Source: Eremomyces bilateralis CBS 781.70 (taxonomy: Eukaryota). From it: a DNA stretch of 40,692 nucleotides. The notes under the pieces were generated by a model that was given only the letters and a program-made list of their open reading frames with translations, ran no database searches and had not been told where the DNA came from. Positions 32,077-40,692 of the stretch are shown in pieces (the first letter of the stretch is position 1; each line of letters opens with the position of its first letter). A program made the position numbers and the translations under genes. Location: assembly GCA_010015585.1 (NCBI GenBank), contig ML975151.1; one strand, 5' to 3'.

Positions 32077-34650
32077 ATGAAACTGCGTACATGGATAACA
32101 ATTGTTGTACTTCAATTCGCAGTTTATACCCACAGTCTCCCGACCTGTATTAATGCCGTGCAGGCGGCCATCAACACTCTTGCCTTCATCGAATCGCAGC
32201 CGTTAAGTGACTATGACGCCCGGTGTCGGGGTCGCCTACGTCTCATCTCCTTCTATGCGTCGACGACGGTATATTGCGAGCCAGACGAGCTCAAGGAAGG
32301 ATTGGAGGGTGTCGCCACTGAATGCAGCGCACAAAATACAACCTTGGTTCCCATCTCGGAATTCGAGGCTAATCTGACCGAGGATGCCATAAGTCATTTG
32401 AGAATAGTGGAACGCTTCGAACTGGACGGAGGTGACAACCTCACGGTACCGGTGCTGTTGTCAGAAGAGTTCTTCAATTTGGCCTACAAGACCATTGTGA
32501 GTCGCCCTGAAGTATGCCTGACCGGGGATTGATCGGAATAGGTAACCTGGGAGTATGAAATCGCGCTTCGCAGAGAATATGCGTATGTCCAGTGCTCCAA
32601 AACAGATATAATATCTAACACCACTTCAGTTTCACATCCTATGCATTCTGGGGTATAATCATCGTCATCGGGACACTCTGTAATTACTTGATGAAGTGCT
32701 GGGAACGTCGTAGTTACAACGGCGATACCCATGTCGATGCCGATGATCAAGCTTCAATGTCTTCCCACCTTGCTATGGTGTTCAGAAGAATATATCACAT
32801 TACTAAGATGTACTTCTCCCTTCCTGCTGGGTGGAAGACCTATCATCTTCGGCTCTACTACGGCTGTACCGTCCCCACACGGATGGAAACTATCATCGTT
32901 ATCATCTTTTGGGCCATGAGCATTACTCTTTCTGTTATCAAGTATCCCGTCTTCTATGGAAACGTTTAGTATGTTGTCAATGAGACTCAGAAACCGCAGA
33001 TACTGACTGAATTAGTTGGCTATTACCGGACCGCCAGCTTGCTCGGTATTTCGCTGACCGCACCGGAGAACTGTCTTATGCTCATCTTCCAGTCCTTTGG
33101 CTCTTTTCTGGACGCAACAATGTATTGCAATGGGCAACAGGATGGAGTTTTGGCACATTCAACATATACCATAGACATGTAGCTAGGGTGGCAACGCTGC
33201 AAGCTGTTGCTCACTCGATCGCGTACCATCATCTCATCATGAAGAGTAAGTTGAAGGAGAAGATCGCTTCTCCTTAATCTGCTAACGTTCCATAGACAAT
33301 GGGATGGCTCTATATAGAGAATGGATTCAAATGCCTTGGTTTTATCTTGGTATTTTTGTATGCTGCAGTGTTCGCTCCATCACTGTCAGAGCTGACCCGA
33401 TGCAGGCCACGATACTAATGTCGATTTTACCGATGCTCTCGTCCATCTACCTCCGCATCTACCATTACGAATTTTTTCTCCTGGTCCACATCACCTTTTC
33501 CCTCATTATAATCCTAACGCTCTTCGTTCATACATCGATCTTCCATGGTGTTTACGACATATACCTGTGGCCAGTCGTGGTTGTCTGGGTCATAGATCGC
33601 TCTCTCCGACTTGTTCGGCTTGTCTACTGCAACATTCGCATTTCGCTGAAAGACCCTAACCACCCTATTTTGATGACCAAATCAACCGTGACATATTCCT
33701 CTGTCTCGAATGTTCTTCGTATTACTGTCACTCCAGGGGTATTCAGTCTCCGACCAAAACCGGGGACGCATTACTACATATATGCAGCTTCGAATTGGTT
33801 TGGATGGGATCTATGGGAGAGTCACCCCTTTACTCTGGCCTCCTTGGATTATACCGGCACATCAAATTCGGGAGCTTCTAGACCCCTGCGTCCCCGAGCA
33901 ATGGACGAGGAACTTTATACCCAGCCCTGCTATAACTCTATCGACTCCGACACTCCGATGGTTTCCAACGAGAAAGAATCCCCGGCCCTGGTGTTCTACA
34001 TCCGCCCTTTTGACGGCTTCACAAAAAGACTACGGGACATGTGCCTTCGCACACCAAATCGTCAAGCTACAGTTCGCCTCCTCCTCGAAGGGCCGTATGG
34101 CCATTCGGCGCCTCTAGAGAATTTCGAGACTCTGGTTCTCATTGCCGGTGGTACGGGAATCGCAGGGACTCTTCCGTACATCCGCGAGTACGTGAATCAC
34201 CAATGGGGACGTCGCCGCTGGCGGACAGAAAACATCCACTTCATCTGGACGACGCAGCAGGCGGCATTCATCAACGAGGTTGCTTCAAAGGAGCTGCGTC
34301 CCGCATTTGGTCGGGACGATCTCCACATGTTATTCTACGCGACTAGCACTGCTACAAGCAGAGCTCCTCCGGGGTTGTCGGACACAGCAGATTATTCAGA
34401 TAATTTGGATACATTGTTAACTAGTGAGACACCTGGGGAGCTGGGGATACAATACCACCGTCCAGACGTCCCAGCGCTGATCAGAGCTGCTGTGGCTAAG
34501 CACCGTTCTTCTGGAAAAGGCTCTGGACGCGTTGGGATTCTGGTTTGTGGCCCGGCTGGAATGGCGGATAGTGCAAGAGCTACGGTGGTACAGATTTTGA
34601 GAGAAGGATTTGAACGGGTAGAGTACTTCGAAGAGGCTTACGGGTGGTGA
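32077..34650 (+). CDS. Ferric/cupric reductase transmembrane component (FRE family), about 5 introns
   Basis: Signal peptide and Cys-containing ectodomain; [44 protein letters not shown] (FAD), [29 protein letters not shown]. Confidence 0.9.
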
Positions 34651-35199
34651 AGTATGAATAGGGCGCAATAGACTTTAAAGACTAGAATTCCTGCTTCTAG
34701 CATGTGCTATATGATGGGGAACTTTCTAGTACAGATTGAGTGTTGCGTTTCATAAGCGAAGGGTGCATGCAAATGAACAATGCACTTTTTTTTTACTGAC
34801 AAAGATGAGACTGATTCTTAGTATACAATCCTATAGTTAACTATCTGAACAGCCGCAAAAAAAAAAGGTATGAGACCTTGAGCATAGGCTTGCATATGAA
34901 TTCGCAGCACGATACACCGATCCCTTACGGAATATAATTCTCCTCTTTATAGGTCGTTAAGTATCAGTCTCCCGTTGTTAAGTAGACGAATCTAATATAA
35001 GCCTATTACTCGTAGGCTACTGTCGTATTACTCACGCATTAACGTCTGCCCTAACACTGCAATGCACACCAACGCAAGGAAGGCCCTGTGTTCGAAATTT
35101 CCAAGGTAGGTAGGTGCGCGTCCGGAGGATGACGACTTTCGTAATACACTCAGAGCAACCGCACAAATGGACCACGATCGCTAATCGTTTGAGCTGTAG

Positions 35200-35431
35200 T
35201 GGATTTTTGGAGCCGGTGCTACCCTACATAACTAGCCTTAAAACGAGGCTAACTATCAAGAAAATAGAAGCAACGGATCGAGATGTTATGACCGTGATGG
35301 GTACGGTATTACAACGAGTCGACGACATCCCTTGTCCGCCTCACATCCGGATTGCGTTCATCTGCATGGTTATCATTGCAGCTACTGGAGGGTTTAGACA
35401 AGCGACACTTGTCAACTTACTAATATCGTAG
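35200..35431 (+). pseudogene. Probable fragment of a DUF3435-type tyrosine recombinase
   Basis: ATDRDVMTVMGTVLQRVDDIPCPPHIRIAFICMVIIAATGGFRQATLVNL resembles the DIPC..R..F...GGFRPG.L block I recall from fungal DUF3435 proteins; flanked by stops and TpA-rich DNA. Confidence 0.4.
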
Positions 35432-35745
35432 GCCGGCGATAAGTACTAAGAGCTCTTTATTATAGATATTGCCACAGTGCAAATCCGAAGGGACCAGTGG
35501 TATTGTTCACTACGCACAGACTGCTAGTATCCGAATAAACGAAAGATGAGGAAAGAAGGAAAGGAACATAATCAGGGACACGGCAGAAGACTAAGTACAG
35601 GTAGTGGGCTTCGCACCCAAGGGATGTGTTATCAGAACACATGATGCTCCTAATAACCACAACCATCGTGAGGCCATCAGACCAGTATAAGTAACAATGG
35701 TTCCAACCGTGAGAGTAGCCATCTATCTAGAGCTCTTATTAGCGG

Positions 35746-36696
35746 TTATTCGGAGGCCGTTAGAGTATCCAGTACAATAATTGATATCACCATGCCTATC
35801 AAACCAATCGCGACTATGCACAATAGGACAACACTTGCCCACCCTATGGCCATAGCGGCACCACCAGTAGTTGCAGTGCCGAATCCTACCGCTTGTATCG
35901 TATATTTCGCCGCAACAGCTGCAGTGTGTTGCCAGAGGCTCGACACGAGCGACATCAGGGTCGCAATACAACTGAGAACCACAGCTGCGTGAGAAACTGG
36001 TCTCGATGGAAATGGTTTAACATCGATCGCTGACCCTGTCACTTGATCTATTTCAGAGTGCCAACCAGGGAAAGTATATAATAGTCCGACCGTTATGAAG
36101 GCCAGAGCTATCGTCAGGAATCTAGAGAGTCCGTGAGCTGAAATGTAAATGGTTTAGAGGGAAAGGAACATACATGAATCCTGAGAACAATGTATCGCTT
36201 TTGAACCGATCTGCGAGCCAGATCAGATTTAATGGGTCTCGATCGGCGCCCACTTGCTCTACCAATGCTGGGCCCGAGGAGCTGCAGACCCAGGCTACGC
36301 CAGATTGCCGAACGCATATCCCAAAGTAGCCTACTCGTACATCAAGAGTGGCGTTTCCTTGGACGGAATATATAGTGGAAACCAGACTTGGATTTGCTTG
36401 GCTGTCGGAAGAGGCAGAAGACACTTTGGCGTATCTGATTCCAAGAACATATATTCCGATCATTGTCGAATATGACGAGCAACCCGCGAGCAATATCGCT
36501 GTCGGCCATTAGTGTGGCACCGGAACTCCATTGGGGCAACATTACAGAGGAGTATTATTGACACCGAAAGTATGAACATCAACATATGGTGATATCCAAG
36601 CCATGGCACTAAACGTAGCACTCAGATGAATTAGCCAGGGCCCAAAACCGCGTCTTGTATTATATTCTCACAAGATACTGGGAATCTCATTGCCAT
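35746..36696 (-). CDS. FIG1: Ca2+ regulator and membrane fusion protein Fig1 (claudin-like), 3 introns
   Basis: PWLGYHHMLMFILSVSIILL|..LLAGCSS, VRVGYFGICV..WVCS, DPLNLIWLADRFKS, FPGWHSE, VKPFPSRPVS, LWQHTAAVAA. Confidence 0.88.
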
Positions 36697-37318
36697 CGTG
36701 GTCGCATTCTCTGATCCCGGAAGGTGAGGTGTGGATGGGTAAAGTGCAATGGATTCGTGAAGTGATAGGAACGGTAGTATTACGCCCGTAGTCGAAGAAC
36801 GGAACCAATTCACCAAGCCATACCGGTATACGAAGGGCGAAGTATAGAGTGCGGATAGATGGCATACTTCAGCGTTTTCATATCTTTTGCTATGCCGAAA
36901 AAGAGGGTCTGGTTGATTACGGAAAAACTGCTGGAAGGATGAAGCTCGCATGACACTACTACTGCAAGCCACAGTGGAGCAGCCCAAAAAAGCACAAAGC
37001 TGATTTTAAGATCGACGCTGTCCCCAGCGATGCTCTTAAAGCCGTGATATCTTGGTAGAATGACTATTATGAAATACCATCCTGAGCGATTCTTGGTGCA
37101 GAGCCCGATCCCAGCCCGATCAAGTTCTCCGTACGCGAGTTTTCGGGTTCGCTGATTCACCCGCCCGTTCCTCGAGCCCTACCGAAACAACTCGCTGACA
37201 GCCCTGTTCTCTAATTCAATTCGATTGTCTTGAAAAACCGATCACTTTTGTTAGCCCTCGTTCATACGTGGTACGGATAGCTTCGCCCACTCCTGAGGAC
37301 TGAATATGAGGTGCTGAA

Positions 37319-39670
37319 ATGGATCCTGAAGATATAGCTCTTCCCGAGAGCGAAAGCGTGGAGGACATTGCATTGAGCTCTTTGGATGAACTGTTACTGC
37401 ACTCTGACTCTTACAACCGCACAGCTGCAGATGCATTATCAGCTTCAGGTGGATCTATTGTTCTTCCCCCTTCGACGGCAGCATCCGTTGCCTCTTCGCT
37501 GATAGTCCTTGAAGAAAGTGAACGCAAAAGAGAACATACAAGGCTAATCACGACCTTGCAACGACATCATGATGAGTATGTCCTGTCCATATGGTCCAGA
37601 CTAAGTAGCCTTCCTCGCCTTGATGCTTTGATCAGGAATCCTGTTCAGGGGGTAACACTGGATCATATCTTACGATGTCACGATTTCACTGCACAAGGAA
37701 GGTCAAGGAGGGTATCACTCAAGGGCCTCTTCGAAGCTCCACAGACGGTCGCGAGAGACGTGGTGATGAGGGTTGTGACGATGGAAGACATGGACGTTTT
37801 GTTAGCCTCAGCTTTGGGCCAGGCCTACCACATTGATCCTAAGTTCTTCGAGGCCCATCTGACTGGTTCCGGTTGCGGTGAAAGAATTGATGAAGAAGAC
37901 AATAAATTTGCCGTGAAATGGCAGAGTGGGAAGGCACACAGGAGTTTTCGGTCTATACGCTGGCTTCGCCCGGTCTCGCCGCAGTTATTCATCGATCGGA
38001 ACATGAGACGGCAGATCATTAAAAAATCAACACCGGAGCTACCTTGCATAATCGGACCGTGTTCCAAGAAAAAACATCAGGTCTGGACCGAGAAAAGTGT
38101 GTTTCGGAGAGCGCAGAACCTTTCCTCGTCGGTTGATTTGACGGAAACGGAGGATGCTACGGGTGCTTGGGAGGAAAGACTGTCTGTTTGGAGATTCATG
38201 GACAAAGACTGCGAGTTTTGTGAGAGCCCCCAGAGGAAAGTACGACAGTGAATTGGTGGCTGACATGGTATAGATGTTGTCCTTGTCGATCCGTTACCCG
38301 CCATCCGATATAAGGTCAAGCTGGAAGTGCGAGATAAGTCTGCTCCAAAACAGCTCCTCATGGGAAAGCGGCCCAGCCGTCACGCATCGAAGTTCGCAGC
38401 AGGAGAGGATGAAAAGCGAGGATTCTCGAAACAGAAAACGCTCCAAGAGATTGCAGACAATGATCACGGAGATCCGGGAGACATTATCCCGTTCCGATCC
38501 AGATCAATTCGAAGCGACCTCGACTTTCATCTAGATGACTTCGTGCCAGACACGACACGAACGGCGACATCTACGTTGGCTGCGTTTGAGGCCCTGGTAG
38601 CAAAGGAAACCCAGGAAGGTAAGAAGCCAGATATTGGACACATATTTTTTCACATCCTATACCACGACAGCTTGGCTCTCGGCCAGGCCATGCGTGGAAG
38701 TCTCGAAGAAACTCGCGCTCAAATTGTGCACATCACAAGTTACGAACTTCAGCAGAACTCGCTGCGATGGAGAACGTTGTTCTTCCAGTTCCACTACGAA
38801 CTGCAGCACATGGCGGAGCAGATGACCGACCTACTTGACTTTCTGTATAGAGACCATTCCCAGGTCCCTGAACGAACCAAGAGACTATGCGATGACGGAA
38901 AGAAGCTATTGAACGAAACCAGCGACAAAGTAGACCGTACAAACGACTACTTACGAGTGGAACTAGACATCCTCGAGAGGAGACGCAGCATCGAGCAAGC
39001 GGAGAGTGTTGCGAAACTCACTGAGCTCGCATTTATTTTCATCCCTTTGACGTATGCCGCCAGTCTGTTCAGTATGCAAATTCGCGAAGTTCAAGACTCG
39101 ACCCCAACACTTTCCATCTTCGTTGGAGTTTCTCTAGGGCTGCTGTGCACCGCATATGTTGTTCGGCTCAGTTTGCGAAGCAAGATTACGTTATCTGTGC
39201 TGGACAGATTTGTCAAGAATGTTAGAGGTTTTGCCAACCTTCCTGAGGGCGCTGCCGTCCCAACCCGGTATTTTCTGCATTGGTTTTTACATATGCTCCA
39301 GAATATCTTCAATTGGCTCATGTTTGGACCTCACCATTTGGGGGAATGTTTCAGCTTCGGAGTCATTGTGCTAGCACTTCTTGTTCCTCTGATCTTCTTC
39401 TGGAGGATGCAACACGACGTTGGCTTCAGCGTTGCGATAACGGTCTTGATGCTTATGATGGACGTGGGACTCTTGTGGCCAGTATTCAAGTTCCTTATGC
39501 CGTCGCTGAGCGAGCGTTTGGCAAATTTTTTCGAACTCACCGAGGTCGATCGCCCGAAGGTGGTCTACTCGTCACACTACAAACGCAATGCCTGGGTAAT
39601 CAACAGGCCGCAAGGTCAGCAACAGGCCCAACGGCGGAAGAGGTTTTTCACATCCGTACAGGATGCTTGA
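37319..39670 (+). CDS. Fungal CorA-like Mg2+-transporter-domain protein (intron about 38220-38272)
   Basis: IDPKFFEAHL, WEERLSVW, VVLVDPLP, then SIEQAESVAKLTELAFIFIPLTYAASLFSMQI (CorA-like TM with SMQ in place of GMN) and further TM segments. Confidence 0.75.
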
Positions 39671-40405
39671 AGAAGGAGATAATGCCGGTTCCATAACTGC
39701 TCCCACCGCGCCGGACGATCCATCGTCCAAGAGACCTCGGTTCGACATGAGAATCGTATCACAGCCCACGAACGCGTCGGTTTCTCCCACACAATGATTG
39801 TAACTCGACGAGCATTTACTCAGTCAGCACAAACGACACTTCAGTTCCGTGTCCGTCCACACGACAGACACTCCCAACAAATCCCATCGTGCCTACACAA
39901 CTTATTGGATATGTAGTGGGATGGCTAACATGCCTTCCGTAGTTGGAACACATTAAAGGGATAATTACTCGTCAATCATATTAGAGATAAAGAATTCAGC
40001 TGCTCAAAGGGGAAGGATGAAAGAATTCACGGTAATGTTGCTCCATGTTACGGTACGGTAGCTGGATGCACACAACATACGCGTAGCCAAAGATATTCTA
40101 GATTCAGTTAAAGAGTTGTATATAAATTGTGTGCTATCCCCGAGGCAGCATTCCTTCGCTGGTTTGGCGTGGTCTCCTGCTGCGTGGTGACGCCGGCATT
40201 GATGCAAGGGCTGCATAGGAAACCGGTCAGCAGCCATTGGCCTTCTAAGAGCGGTTTGAGCATCATGTCTTGTACTTTCGCTATATGGCCTAACGTAATC
40301 CACCAGCGAGTCGCCCACCTCAACCATGGCCCACTACTATAATCACCACTCCCACGAACGCAGACCATATCCCACCATCTGGGGCTACTTTCACAAATAT
40401 TGACC

Positions 40406-40692
40406 TAGGGCTGGACACGAATATTCGATTACGAATATTCGTACGAATATTCGTAGTCGAATACGAATAAAATTTAGAATTTCCGCTTACTAATATTCGT
40501 ACGAATAATATTCGCATTATTCGTAATTATTCGTAATTATTCGTAAATCTCTGAAGCTATTTCCATGTATCTCGCAGCATCATAAGACGCCTCATAGTCT
40601 CTGCACTCATTGAGCTCCTCCGCACTCCTAAGAGATCTCTTCCCCCACTGAACAGTCTTTCGACTGATACCCCAGATGCTGGTATAGCCAAA
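40406..40692 (-). mobile_element. 3' end of a hAT-superfamily DNA transposon (runs off the window)
   Basis: Terminus TAGGGCTGGACACGAATATTCG at 40406, subterminal CGAATATTCG/ATTATTCGTA repeats to about 40546, then the transposase C-terminus. Confidence 0.85.
40557..40692 (-). CDS. hAT transposase C-terminal dimerisation domain (partial)
   Basis: Manual translation gives LAIPASGVSVERLFSGGRDLLGVRRSSMSAETMRRLMMLRDTWK*, the classic hAT dimerisation motif; absent from the ORF track because it is truncated. Confidence 0.9.
   Translation of the reverse strand, partial: LAIPASGVSVERLFSGGRDLLGVRRSSMSAETMRRLMMLRDTWK

Noticed and set aside
40418..40546. CRISPR-like or telomeric repeat array
   Set aside because: No unique spacers, eukaryotic context, and adjacent to a hAT transposase; explained as subterminal repeats.

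Overview
Eukaryotic DNA from a filamentous ascomycete (Pezizomycotina), judged by short GT-AG introns with CTAAC/CTGAC branch sites and fungal gene families. About 17 apparently intact protein-coding genes: peroxisomal enoyl-CoA isomerase, SOD-fold mitoribosomal protein, a small basic protein, an ER DnaJ protein, YIP3, STK19-like, DGA1, CobW GTPase, an SCP2-PhyH dioxygenase fusion, a small hydrophilic protein, RSA4, MSH4, nitronate monooxygenase, CYP52-like P450, ferric reductase, FIG1 and a CorA-like protein. Also present are a decayed Helitron-like PIF1 helicase, an APH-like kinase pseudogene, a probable DUF3435 recombinase relic, and the 3' end of a hAT transposon at the right edge. The standout is YIP3: a T-TTT-TCC slippery heptamer just before its stop, a predicted H-type pseudoknot 6 nt downstream, and a 455-codon -1 frame ORF, i.e. 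a programmed -1 ribosomal frameshift giving short (176 aa) and long (~626 aa) isoforms. From memory this type of frameshift was reported in Podospora, so it is probably not wholly new. All calls are by eye with no database searches; exon boundaries are manual.
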